NCBI GenBank assembly: GCA_020850015.1
Contig: JADZFF010000033.1
Location: 50-64,049, forward strand
Direction: 5' to 3'
Source of the DNA: Bdellovibrionales bacterium
GTDB taxonomy: Bacteria; Bdellovibrionota; UBA1018; JADZFF01
Length of the DNA stretch: 64,000 bases
The position numbers and the translations under genes were made by a program. Below, piece by piece: positions 43,661 through 52,478 of the stretch (the first letter of the stretch is position 1; each line of letters opens with the position of its first letter). Below the pieces are notes generated by a model, which did no database searches, was not told where the DNA came from, and saw nothing but the letters and a program-made list of their open reading frames with translations.

Positions 43661-46612
43661 GTGCCTGACCGATGGTGGAGGCAGGATACCTGTCTTTTTT
43701 GTTTCGATAAAAGGGGGCTCCACCTGCCCGTCTTGAAGAATCCTCAACGATTCCGCTTCGCTCTCGGGGCGGCGCTCCTGCTTGCTGTGGGCCTGAACCC
43801 CGGTGTCTCCGCGCGTCTCCCGGGGCTGGACGAGGTCGTGGTGGAGATCCAGCGCGTGCGGCAGGAGGTGCGGATCATCGACCAGAAGCTCGAGGGCGTG
43901 GACGAGGACGACGATACCCGCCAGCGGATCGCGCTTCGCGAGAAGCGCGAGGAGCTTCTGCGCGAGCTGGTGCCACTGCTCTACGAGGCCCACGTGCGCA
44001 AGGCGCCGGGTTATACGGTGGACGGCGTTTTCAATAAGGTCCGCGAAGTGAGCGACGACGCGCCCGACGGAGGTGAGGGCTTCGGCACTCTGCTGGTGGG
44101 TTTTGCCGAGGCGCTGATCGAGCGGCGCAAGAACGAGTCGCTCATGCAGTGGAAGTTCCGCGTGCTCGAGAGCGCGCGGAAGGTGCGCGCCGCGCTCGAC
44201 GTGGCGATGCTCTCCCTTCATCACGAGGTGGCTGCTGGGATGCACGCCCAGGCCCTGAAAACTCAGCGCGCGATCCTGGGGCTCTACGAGGAGGTCGGGG
44301 ACCTCTATCCCTTCGACGAGGCCGGCGAGGAGCTCGCCGCGCTTCTGTTGCGCCTGCACCAGGGTACGCTCTCGCCGGCGAAACGTTCGCCCGAGGCGGA
44401 AAAGAAGGACTGGCTCCTCATGGCGGATCTTGGGCGCACGGTGACGCGCATCCTGCACCCCGAGGATCCGCGTCAGATCCCGGCGCGCCTGGTGATGATC
44501 CGCGCGCAGAAGGCGCTCGGCCGCGCCGCGCGGGCGATGGATCAGGCGCATTGGGTGACGGAGCGGTTGCCCGCGGCGGCTCCGGCGGCCCTTGCCCGGG
44601 GCCTGGATCTGCGCGATGCCGTGGCCCTGAGCCTCGAAACCGATCTTGCGCTGGCCCGTTCCGAAGGGAAACCCGTGGCCGCGCTCAAGCCCCTGGATCT
44701 TGGCCGCGCGGACGACGCGGGCGGGAGAGAGCGGCTCGAGCCGGAGCTGGAAAGATGGGTCGGCTTCCTGGAGCGCGTTCGGGATTCCGAGCTGCCCTGG
44801 GCGCGTTCGGTCCGAGCCGAGGCCTCCTTCGCCGATCGGCTGGCGCGGCACGCGCTCGAGGCGGCCCGTCTGCTCGTGTCGCGCGGCCATGCGGTGCGGG
44901 CCACTGGCCTCCTGAGCGGACTGGCCGCCGCGGCGGGCCCGCCCGGCGATGAGGCCCGCGGCTTTCTCGAGGGCTCCGCCAAGAGAACCCGCGATCCGGC
45001 GCTGTCGTATCTGGCCTACCAAGCGCTGCTCGACGGCTGGGCCTCTGCGGGTCCGGCCTTCGCGGCCCGCGCGGAGGGGCTGAGGGAAGCGGCCGCCAAG
45101 AGATTCCTGGCGGCCCATCGCGGGCTTTTCAAGAAGGAGCGTTGGGACGAGGTGCTGAAAGGCGACGAGATCTTCCAGCGGCGTTTCTCCAAGAGCTCCA
45201 TCCGCGCCACCTGGACGGCCATGCTGCGCATCGTGGCTCTCCGGCTCGAGGGAACTCCGGGCGCGGAGCCTTACTACACCGAGATCCTGAATTCGGCGCG
45301 CAAGGACGGAGAGCTCGAGGCCGCGCTTAAGTATCGGGCGCTGGCGCGGGAGCGGCTCTTCGACTTCGACGGCGCCGCGAGAGACTACCGCAGTCTCCTG
45401 ATCGACGCTGAGCAGGGGCGGGCGCCCAACCCCGAGGTGCTCGAGCGCGCGCTGCTCATGGCCTGGCTGGCGGGTAACCCGGCGGCCTTGCCCACACTCT
45501 TCGCCGATCTGAGGGTGTGCGGCGGGGCCCGCGCGCAGGCCTGCGAGTACTACGACGCTCTCAAGGAGGCGGGAGAGGCCCCGGGAAGCGTCGGCGCGGG
45601 CAAAGGCAAAGACGCTCTGGCCAAGGGATTCAGTTCCCGGACGGGGAGCGCCGCCGCGCCCGTGTGGCTGCTGCTCGCGCTCGAGCGCGGCGGCCTGCCC
45701 CCCGGCGACCGAGTGAAGGCGTTGTCGAAGCTCGCGACGAATTTCGGAGCCCTGTCCTCGCCGGTCCGCATGGGTTTCGCGGGGCGCGTGGCGTCGGCGG
45801 TGGATCAGAGCCTGGGCGGTTTTCGCGAGCACCTGAGAAACTCCATGCCGGTCACGGGCACCGTCAGCGGCTTGGAGGAGCGCTCCCTTGCGCTCGACTC
45901 CGTGGACACCGCGCTGGAGACCCTGCTGGAGCTTCCCTGGATGGGTATGCGCAAACGCGTGCTTGCCGAGGTGGCGGCCATGCACGGGGATTTCGCCGAC
46001 GAGATCGATGCCACCGCGGGAACCGACGCTTTCGAGGCGACAGCCCAGCTCTTGCGAGAACATCATTTCAAGCGCGCTGCCCTCTTGGGGCGCGAGTCCC
46101 GGGCTGTGGCCGCCGAAGTCTCGCGCCACTCAGACCTGGAAGAGGCGATGAGCGGCGTGCTGAGCAAGGTTCGCCGGCCCGCCGCCGCAGGGAAGGGGCA
46201 GCAGGCGGCGTCCATCCGCCGCATGCGGGTGCCGATCAACGCCGAGGTTCTTCATCGCGTTTTCCCGGACGCGGGCTGGCGGAGCCTGGGGCGCGCCCCG
46301 CACGAACCCGGCCGGCATGCCCGATACCGATGGCAGGAGGAGGTGGCGAAGTCGCGCCTTCATCGGGCCGAGTACATCCTGTCCGCGGCCCGGGAGCGCA
46401 AGCTCCTGCCCGAGTCAGAGCTGCTGGCAATGTCCGCGGTCCAGCTTTCGGTCCTGGGCGCCGAGGAGGACTCACTCCTGCTCCTGGCCGAGCTTCGCAG
46501 GGGCTCTGAGGGCCGCTCCAAGGACTACCTGACCACGCTCATCTTCAACCAGTTCCTCGCGGGCCTCAGCGACGAGGAGTTGGTCAGCCTCTTTGCCCGG
46601 TCTGGCAACTAA
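43661..46612 (+). CDS. Very large (about 960-983 aa) mostly alpha-helical protein of unknown function, probably exported
   Basis: A continuous ORF with coding-like composition. The segment LKNPQRFRFALGAALLLAVGLNPGVSA looks like a signal peptide if initiation is at the TTG near 43733. Helical-repeat (TPR-like) character and no catalytic motif. Confidence 0.65.
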   Translation: MPDRWWRQDTCLFCFDKRGLHLPVLKNPQRFRFALGAALLLAVGLNPGVSARLPGLDEVVVEIQRVRQEVRIIDQKLEGVDEDDDTRQRIALREKREELLRELVPLLYEAHVRKAPGYTVDGVFNKVREVSDDAPDGGEGFGTLLVGFAEALIERRKNESLMQWKFRVLESARKVRAALDVAMLSLHHEVAAGMHAQALKTQRAILGLYEEVGDLYPFDEAGEELAALLLRLHQGTLSPAKRSPEAEKKDWLLMADLGRTVTRILHPEDPRQIPARLVMIRAQKALGRAARAMDQAHWVTERLPAAAPAALARGLDLRDAVALSLETDLALARSEGKPVAALKPLDLGRADDAGGRERLEPELERWVGFLERVRDSELPWARSVRAEASFADRLARHALEAARLLVSRGHAVRATGLLSGLAAAAGPPGDEARGFLEGSAKRTRDPALSYLAYQALLDGWASAGPAFAARAEGLREAAAKRFLAAHRGLFKKERWDEVLKGDEIFQRRFSKSSIRATWTAMLRIVALRLEGTPGAEPYYTEILNSARKDGELEAALKYRALARERLFDFDGAARDYRSLLIDAEQGRAPNPEVLERALLMAWLAGNPAALPTLFADLRVCGGARAQACEYYDALKEAGEAPGSVGAGKGKDALAKGFSSRTGSAAAPVWLLLALERGGLPPGDRVKALSKLATNFGALSSPVRMGFAGRVASAVDQSLGGFREHLRNSMPVTGTVSGLEERSLALDSVDTALETLLELPWMGMRKRVLAEVAAMHGDFADEIDATAGTDAFEATAQLLREHHFKRAALLGRESRAVAAEVSRHSDLEEAMSGVLSKVRRPAAAGKGQQAASIRRMRVPINAEVLHRVFPDAGWRSLGRAPHEPGRHARYRWQEEVAKSRLHRAEYILSAARERKLLPESELLAMSAVQLSVLGAEEDSLLLLAELRRGSEGRSKDYLTTLIFNQFLAGLSDEELVSLFARSGN

Positions 46613-46647
46613 AACAGTTTATACTGTAACGCTCCACGTCGATATTC

Positions 46648-48633
46648 TTGACCGACTCCCTCATCTATGAAAAAAGTGGCCTTCGCAAAGGGAGTCACCG
46701 ACCCGTGCATGCACCTCACCGCCGTTTTTCTCAGCCCGGGCTCCTGGCCCTGTCGGGCCATGCGCTGCTGACCGCGGCCCTGCTCTGGGCGCCGCTCGCC
46801 GCCCGGTCCGCGCGCGCCGAAGATCCGCTCGTCAGCCCCTGGGACACCTTCTGGGACAGCATCACCTGGCTCACTGAAACCTACGACCCCAACATCCTCT
46901 CTGATTCGCCGTTTTACGACCTCTCGCCCACGCTGCACGTGCGCGCGGGCATCGGCACGGACCGCGTGAACCTCACGCCCGCGCCCGCAAGCGGCGAGCT
47001 GTCGGTGGGGCAGGAGGAGGGCGGCTTCCGCATGCGCCGATTCCGCCGCTTCGAGGCCGGCATCGGCGGCGCACTGGACCTCAATTTCCTCGAGACGGCG
47101 GGCACGAGCCTTCCGGTTCCCTTCGTGGGCCTGATCCCCATCGCGGGCGTGGCCGCGGAGGACACGATGTGGATGCCGAATCGCGAGGCGGAAAACCACC
47201 TCGGGCCGGTTCGCGCCTATCCGACCCGTGAGTTCATCCTCGGGCTCCGGCCGGGCGATCGGCTGATCCGTCAGATGTCGGGCGGGGTGCTCTTCTCCGT
47301 CGGCATCGGCTTCTATATGGTCGGCGTCTCAGGCCGCTACCTGGCCAGGGGCGAGTGGGAAGTGTCGGTGGAGCGTTTGCGAGGAACCGAGGCGCTCGTG
47401 AAGGTGTCGCGTTCCAAGCTTCACTCGTTGAGCCTCAATGCCGGCGCGGTGGTGATCGGGGTGGCGGCCGAGAACTTCAGGAACGCCGACCGGTACTTCT
47501 CCTTCAAGATCGACCTCGAGAGCCAGTACTCGGGCCTCGTTCTCCACGACATAGTGCGCGGCAACCTCACCAAGGCGCAGGAGCTGGCGGCCCAGCCCGA
47601 CTCGCCGGTCCGCCTGGAGGTCGCCGCATCGACCGTCGAGAAAGGCGGATTCCAGCGATTCTGGTACGGGATCCCCGCCATCCTCGGAGGCGAGATCTCG
47701 CGCGGGAAGATCACGTCCTATTCGAACGAGTGGCGCTTCTCTGCGAACGGCGCGCGCGCCATGGTCGATCACGGCGTTTTCCTGCGGGAGCAGGAGATTC
47801 GGCTCCTGGCGCGCAAGCAAAGACATTCGCGCATGTTCTACACGACCTACGCCACTGTCGGCACGCCGGATCCCTCCACAGAGGGCGGCGTCGAGGCCTG
47901 GCTCGATCAGGACAAGAGCGAGCGGGACCGGCCGAAACCCGAGGACGGCGTGCCCGAGCTGCTCGGGAACTTCGTCTGGCACTACGAGGACAATCGCTCG
48001 AAAGGCGGGCGCCTGGCTTCGATCGTGCGGAGGTTGATCGCCGACACGGGCCTGGAGCGGGAGCTCGCGGTGCGTGCGCCCCCGGAGGACGAGAAGCTGA
48101 AGTACGCCTCCGTGAAGTTCGGGTTCACCTTTTCCACGCCGGCCACGCACCGCCTGATGATGGCGGCCCAGCATCCGCAGTTCCAGGTCAAGACCTTGGA
48201 TTTCCTCGACCGCAGGCTGGAGGACTATTTCACGTTGGGCGACCGCTTCGACCTCTGCGACGGGGGGAGCCTGCAGCGCTGCCAGATCGAGTTTCGGCGG
48301 GAGACGCTGGAGGCGCTGGGCAAGATGCGCGAGGCGCTCCTGACCATGGCCCGGACCCGAATGTCCTCTAAGGGAGGATTCGTGAAGGCCTACGCCGAAT
48401 TCGGCAAGGCGATGATGGAGAACCAGTTCACCTTCGGGGTGGCGCGCGACATCGTGGGCTCGGCGCCGCTGCGCATGCGTTACGAGGTGGAGGGCGAACG
48501 CATCACCCGCCTCATCCGCAATTTCGGCGAATACCTGCCCCAGCCGCCAGGAACTCTGAGCAAGATCGGGCACAAGGATCGAGTCCCCTATCGCCTCCTC
48601 AAGGACCAGGAAATCGCGTACGCTCAGGACTGA
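46648..48633 (+). CDS. Large secreted protein of unknown function
   Basis: N-terminal ...HRRFSQPGLLALSGHALLTAALLWAPLAARSARA (signal peptide, weakly Tat-like RRF). The start could be the TTG at 46648 or the GTG at 46705. It lies 35 nt after the preceding gene. Confidence 0.65.
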   Translation: MTDSLIYEKSGLRKGSHRPVHAPHRRFSQPGLLALSGHALLTAALLWAPLAARSARAEDPLVSPWDTFWDSITWLTETYDPNILSDSPFYDLSPTLHVRAGIGTDRVNLTPAPASGELSVGQEEGGFRMRRFRRFEAGIGGALDLNFLETAGTSLPVPFVGLIPIAGVAAEDTMWMPNREAENHLGPVRAYPTREFILGLRPGDRLIRQMSGGVLFSVGIGFYMVGVSGRYLARGEWEVSVERLRGTEALVKVSRSKLHSLSLNAGAVVIGVAAENFRNADRYFSFKIDLESQYSGLVLHDIVRGNLTKAQELAAQPDSPVRLEVAASTVEKGGFQRFWYGIPAILGGEISRGKITSYSNEWRFSANGARAMVDHGVFLREQEIRLLARKQRHSRMFYTTYATVGTPDPSTEGGVEAWLDQDKSERDRPKPEDGVPELLGNFVWHYEDNRSKGGRLASIVRRLIADTGLERELAVRAPPEDEKLKYASVKFGFTFSTPATHRLMMAAQHPQFQVKTLDFLDRRLEDYFTLGDRFDLCDGGSLQRCQIEFRRETLEALGKMREALLTMARTRMSSKGGFVKAYAEFGKAMMENQFTFGVARDIVGSAPLRMRYEVEGERITRLIRNFGEYLPQPPGTLSKIGHKDRVPYRLLKDQEIAYAQD

Positions 48634-48634
48634 C

Positions 48635-49201
48635 GTGAGCAAGGCTTTCACCAAGGAAGACGACGGCGGCGTCGATTCATCCGCCCCGGAAGAGGAGCGC
48701 GAGGAGGGGGAACCCCTTCCGGTCGGCACGCGCAACTACATGACGCCGAAGGGCGCGCGCGCGCTTCAGCAGGAGCTTCAGCAGCTTCTGAATGTGGAGC
48801 GTCCGAAGCTTGTGGAAACCATCAGTTGGGCCGCCTCCAACGGCGATCGCTCCGAGAACGGCGATTACATCTACGGCAAGCGGCGGCTCCGCGAGATTGA
48901 TCGGCGGATCCGCTTTCTCTCGCGCAGGCTGGACGCGCTCGAGATCGTCGATCCCGCCATCCTGAGTGGCGACCGGGTCCGTTTCGGAGCGACGGTCACC
49001 GTGGCCGACGAAGAGGGCAAGGAGCGTGTCTACCGGATCGTCGGGATCGACGAGACCGACCCCCGCGCGGGCCGGATCAGCTGGATTTCCCCGATCGGGA
49101 GAGCCCTTCTTCAGAAGAGGGCCGGCGACGCCGTCAACGTGCTGACCCCCAAGGGCGAGGTGGAGCTCGAAATTCTGCGCGTCGAGTACCTCCCGCTCTA
49201 A
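48635..49201 (+). CDS. greB: Transcription elongation factor GreB
   Basis: NYMTPKGARALQQELQQL..., GDRSENGDYIYGKRRLREIDRRIRFL, and a C-terminal Gre domain. Confidence 0.92.
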   Translation: MSKAFTKEDDGGVDSSAPEEEREEGEPLPVGTRNYMTPKGARALQQELQQLLNVERPKLVETISWAASNGDRSENGDYIYGKRRLREIDRRIRFLSRRLDALEIVDPAILSGDRVRFGATVTVADEEGKERVYRIVGIDETDPRAGRISWISPIGRALLQKRAGDAVNVLTPKGEVELEILRVEYLPL

Positions 49202-49207
49202 AAGTCT

Positions 49208-49295
49208 AAAAGGGGTCGGAGCCTTTTCTGCGTAACAGCGCGTCAAGCTTCGTTGCGCGCCGTTACGCAGAAAAGGCTCCGACCCCTTTTTGCTT
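49208..49295 (+). terminator. Very long perfect hairpin terminator after greB
   Basis: aaaaggggtcggagccttttctgcgtaac (49208-49236) and its exact reverse complement (49262-49290), with 5-6 further pairs inside the loop. A T-run follows and an A-run precedes, so the architecture is bidirectional. Confidence 0.8.
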
Positions 49296-49386
49296 TTCCT
49301 CTCAAGTCCGGTGAGTCCCGCGCCGAAAGGCTCTTGGGACCGACCAAAGTCTGACTAACTGACTTGTTACCGAGAGGGTGGACAGC

Positions 49387-50652
49387 ATGAGCAATCCTGG
49401 CAGCCGTTTTAGCCTGGACGACGAAGATACGACCCCAGAGCCCGAGGCTCAGGCCTCGTCGGGCGGCGGAGGGACCCCCGCCGGGGGCGGCGATGGCGAC
49501 GATTACGCCAGCGAGGAGCGCTTCCGGCAGGATGAGGAGCGCCTCATCGACTTCCTGAAATATCCCAAAGAGAAACGGAAGCTGACCGACTTCCTCGAGG
49601 ACACCTACAAGGCTTACGAGCAGGAGTCGGTGGAGCGATCCATCAACCGCGTCGTGCACGAGCACGACAGCGAGCTTCAGGGTGGCACGCCTTGGCATCG
49701 CCCGGGCCACATCGGCCCCCTGATGTTCGAGTTCCTGAACATGGTGGGCGTGGAGAACGCCTACGTCAGCGGACTTCAGCACACGAAAAGCTCGCTCACG
49801 AAAACCGTCCAACAGCGCGTCGACGAGATCAATACGCTCCTGCGCATGGTGGGCGGCTTCAACCGCCAGATCAAGGCATCCTTCTCTCGTTCCGCGGTGG
49901 TCTACCTCGAGCAGGAAGATCCCGAGAACGTGCATCGCGAGCGCGTGATCTTCACGGTGAACCTGAGCGACGTCGAGCTTCGATACCCTCTGGACGAGAC
50001 GGCCGACGAGCAGATGACCGAGGACGGCCGGAGCCTCCGGCGCTTTGTCTGGGACGAGGCAGTGAACGTGCTGGCCGAGATCGTCTCCAACACGGGGATG
50101 AAGCCCAAATACGTGAAGAACGACAAGAACGCGGGCGTGATCATCATGCGCCAGGCCCTGCTGTCGCGCGCGAAGGATCAACCGGACGAGTTCTTCGATT
50201 TCGACCTGCGCTACATCAGTCAGGAGAACCGCGAGACCAAGGCCAACGAGTACGTGGCGGAGATCAAGAAGTTCGAGGACGAGGTGGCGCGACTGACGAA
50301 GGCTTCCAAGGCCTTCTGGCTCAGCGCCCGCGCCCGCGAGGAGATCGTCGCGAAGGTCCGCAAGTGCAAGCGCGACCGCGATTTCTACATCGCGACCGTG
50401 CCGGATCCGCGCGAGATGGATAACGGCCTCGTGTTCTCGATCAAGGTGAACACGATGAAGGACTACACGATCACCAAGGATCGCATGCAGTTCATCATGA
50501 CCCGCTACATCCTGGCCCTGTCGAGGATCGCTTACGACAAGAGCTCGGACCAGCAGGTCAATACGGTCTACCAACAGAAACAGGGCAAGGTTCAGAGCTT
50601 CCAGAACATGGATCTTACGCTGAACCGCGTCCCGAAGAAGAAGGGCGCCTGA
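49387..50652 (+). CDS. Cytoplasmic protein of unknown function with an acidic N-terminus
   Basis: 421-aa ORF with no signal peptide, an acidic/Gly-rich N-terminus (DDEDTTPEPEAQASSGGGGTPAGGGDGDDY) and GC-rich third codon positions. No recognisable motif. Confidence 0.65.
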   Translation: MSNPGSRFSLDDEDTTPEPEAQASSGGGGTPAGGGDGDDYASEERFRQDEERLIDFLKYPKEKRKLTDFLEDTYKAYEQESVERSINRVVHEHDSELQGGTPWHRPGHIGPLMFEFLNMVGVENAYVSGLQHTKSSLTKTVQQRVDEINTLLRMVGGFNRQIKASFSRSAVVYLEQEDPENVHRERVIFTVNLSDVELRYPLDETADEQMTEDGRSLRRFVWDEAVNVLAEIVSNTGMKPKYVKNDKNAGVIIMRQALLSRAKDQPDEFFDFDLRYISQENRETKANEYVAEIKKFEDEVARLTKASKAFWLSARAREEIVAKVRKCKRDRDFYIATVPDPREMDNGLVFSIKVNTMKDYTITKDRMQFIMTRYILALSRIAYDKSSDQQVNTVYQQKQGKVQSFQNMDLTLNRVPKKKGA

Positions 50653-50737
50653 GAGGGCGTCCGTTCTGAAGTGCTTCGCGGGTGCGCCCGCCGGGAGATG
50701 ATCCCGGGGGATGCACGGGGCCCGCGAGTCTGAAAGA

Positions 50738-50793
50738 CGCCCGCCGCCGGCGCTCCTCGTAAAGAAGGGGAGAGCCGGCGGCGGTCGCGTTTT
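50738..50793. terminator. GC-rich hairpin between convergent genes (candidate terminator)
   Basis: ccgccgccggc (50741-50751) pairs perfectly with gccggcggcgg (50774-50784) and is followed by gcgtttt. Confidence 0.4.
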
Positions 50794-50808
50794 CGGTGGT
50801 CTGCCGCG

Positions 50809-52215
50809 CTACTCTTTCTCGACTTCAACCTTGCGGTCCTGATCGCGCCATACCAGGCGGTTGCCCGCGAAGGTGCGCACGGCTTCGATGCTGAGCTTCA
50901 GGTTCCGACCGGGGCGGAGGTGGCGCTTGGCGTTCTCCACGAGCTGGCCGAGGCGCAGGGTGAAGGTGTTTCCATCACGCACCACGAGGCTCTCGGGCAC
51001 CGCGCCCTCGAAGCGGGTGTGGAACCAGAAGAGGGTCTGGTTGCCGAGCTTCACCCGGAATTCCGTGGCGACGAGGTCGGAGACGCCCGCGAGATCCGTC
51101 ACTACGACGGAAAACTCGTCGCGCGTCCCTTGAGCCTTCGTGAAGGCCAGGCGCTGCGCCTCGGCCTCGGTCACGACGTTCGTCACCACCAGGGTGGGCA
51201 CGCCGCTCGCCGCGATCTCCGAGGTCTGGAGCCAGAGGTTCTCGGGAAGCGTGGGCCGCACGCGGAAGTCGGGCCCGAGCTCCAGGCGGACCGAGCGGTC
51301 AGCGAACTCCTCGATGGGACGCGGTGCGCGCCACTCGATCGCATATTGCGCCTGCACCTGGCGGTCGAACTCCTGGTACTCGTCTCGGATGTCCGAGCCC
51401 GGCGCGAACAGCGCGAGGGCCCCGGAGCGCGGCACCCAGCGGTTGCGTGTGAGGGTGAAGGGCCCCTCCGCGATCCGCGCGAGCGGGATGCTCAGCACCG
51501 GGCGTTCCTGGGGGATCGGTTCCTGGCCGCGCGCGAGCGAGATCCGGCCGTAGCTGCCGCTGCCGCCCGGGCTGCCCGGGTAACCATACCGCCCGTCGCG
51601 CCCGTCTTCGCAGTAGTAGGTGTGGGTGTTGCACACCTGATGGCCGTGCGAGTCGGTGTGGCAGTGGGTCTTGTTCCAGACGCGCACGGCGCAGCGGCAG
51701 CCTTGCCCGCCATGGGCCGCCTGGCCCGGGTATCCACCGCGCCCCGGGCGCGAGAAGATCTGCACCTGGCGGAGCTGCGAGGGATCGTCGTACCGAACGA
51801 ACACCGATCCGCCGTCTCCGCCGCGACCGCCGTTCCCGCCGTCGCCACCCACGCCGCCGTCGGCGCCGTGCAGGTTGTAGCTGGGGTTCCAGGGCTGCGA
51901 GCAGCCGTATGCGTGGCTACCGATCGATCCGTGTCCACCGGGTCCGCCATCTCCTCCCGAAAGCTGAAGCGACTTCCAGGATCCATCGGCGAGGATCTCC
52001 GCGTCGGCTCCGTCGGCCCCGGGTGCGCCGCTGGGCCCATCCCAGCCGCTCGAGCCCGTCGACCCGAACTGGTAGCCGTAGGGGGGCGGCACCGAGCCGT
52101 GGTCCTTGGCGGCCTCGGGGGTCAGATCGTCGGCACGACTTTCGGCGGATCCGCCGAGGCAGGTGAGGACGGCGAGCGCCGTCAGGGTGCGAAAGGCCGT
52201 AAGGGTTCGGATCAT
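50809..52215 (-). CDS. Secreted protein with a Gly/Asp-rich low-complexity region and a Cys/His-rich segment
   Basis: The ATG at 52215 gives signal peptide MIRTLTAFRTLTALAVLTCLGGSAESRA. Other features are GGDGGPGGHG...GADGGVGGDGGNGGRGGDGG and CRCAVRVWNKTHCHTDSHGHQVCNTHTYYCEDG. Confidence 0.65.
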   Translation of the reverse strand: MIRTLTAFRTLTALAVLTCLGGSAESRADDLTPEAAKDHGSVPPPYGYQFGSTGSSGWDGPSGAPGADGADAEILADGSWKSLQLSGGDGGPGGHGSIGSHAYGCSQPWNPSYNLHGADGGVGGDGGNGGRGGDGGSVFVRYDDPSQLRQVQIFSRPGRGGYPGQAAHGGQGCRCAVRVWNKTHCHTDSHGHQVCNTHTYYCEDGRDGRYGYPGSPGGSGSYGRISLARGQEPIPQERPVLSIPLARIAEGPFTLTRNRWVPRSGALALFAPGSDIRDEYQEFDRQVQAQYAIEWRAPRPIEEFADRSVRLELGPDFRVRPTLPENLWLQTSEIAASGVPTLVVTNVVTEAEAQRLAFTKAQGTRDEFSVVVTDLAGVSDLVATEFRVKLGNQTLFWFHTRFEGAVPESLVVRDGNTFTLRLGQLVENAKRHLRPGRNLKLSIEAVRTFAGNRLVWRDQDRKVEVEKE

Positions 52216-52427
52216 GTCTTTCTCCTTCAAACAGAGGTTGCGCGTGAGTTTCCGCGCGATCGTGCAAAGCCTGCGCCCGCTGTACTGCCCCGAAACCCGC
52301 AGCTCGCGGCCGAGTCCCTCGGCCTCGGAGTCAGCATGACTCCAATCCCCGAGATGCCCTGACACCACCGGCTCTTATAACCGATTGAAAAGATTAACAA
52401 TCTTTGACGCGACGAGTCGCATTATCG

Positions 52428-52436
52428 TGATATAAT
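52428..52436 (+). promoter_or_regulatory. Extended -10 element (TGATATAAT) upstream of the lytic transglycosylase gene
   Basis: tgatataat lies 43 nt before the ATG at 52479. The nearest TTGACG (52404) is 21 nt away, which is non-canonical spacing. A gcgac-ga-gtcgc palindrome sits between them. Confidence 0.35.
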
Positions 52437-52478
52437 TGACAAGCAAACTCGGTTATTGCTGGGGGCGTCTTTTAGACT

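Noticed and set aside
45589-45615. Possible Walker A (P-loop) in the 983-aa protein: GSVGAGKGKD
   Set aside because: It lacks the GxxxxGK(S/T) Ser/Thr and no Walker B follows. It sits in a low-complexity Gly/Lys stretch.
43649-46129. 826-aa minus-strand ORF; also 42693-43652, 47329-48735, 49243-50574, 50920-52362, 54534-55850 and 56211-57920
   Set aside because: All lie antisense or out of frame to better-supported genes (ceramidase, the large unknown proteins, the orphan gene, M32 and the ABC exporters) and translate to low-complexity Arg/Gly/His/Glu-rich sequence.
46667-46771. 34-codon ATG ORF (MKKVAFAKGVTDPC...) overlapping the 5' end of the 46648-48633 gene in another frame
   Set aside because: It has no Shine-Dalgarno and no recognisable function, and it is fully overlapped by the longer frame that encodes a convincing signal peptide. 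It is noted only as a possible leader peptide.
51780-52000. Glycine-rich coding repeats in 50809-52215 considered as collagen-like or DNA tandem repeats
   Set aside because: There is no Gly-X-Y triplet periodicity and no exact nucleotide tandem unit. It is treated as low-complexity coding sequence.
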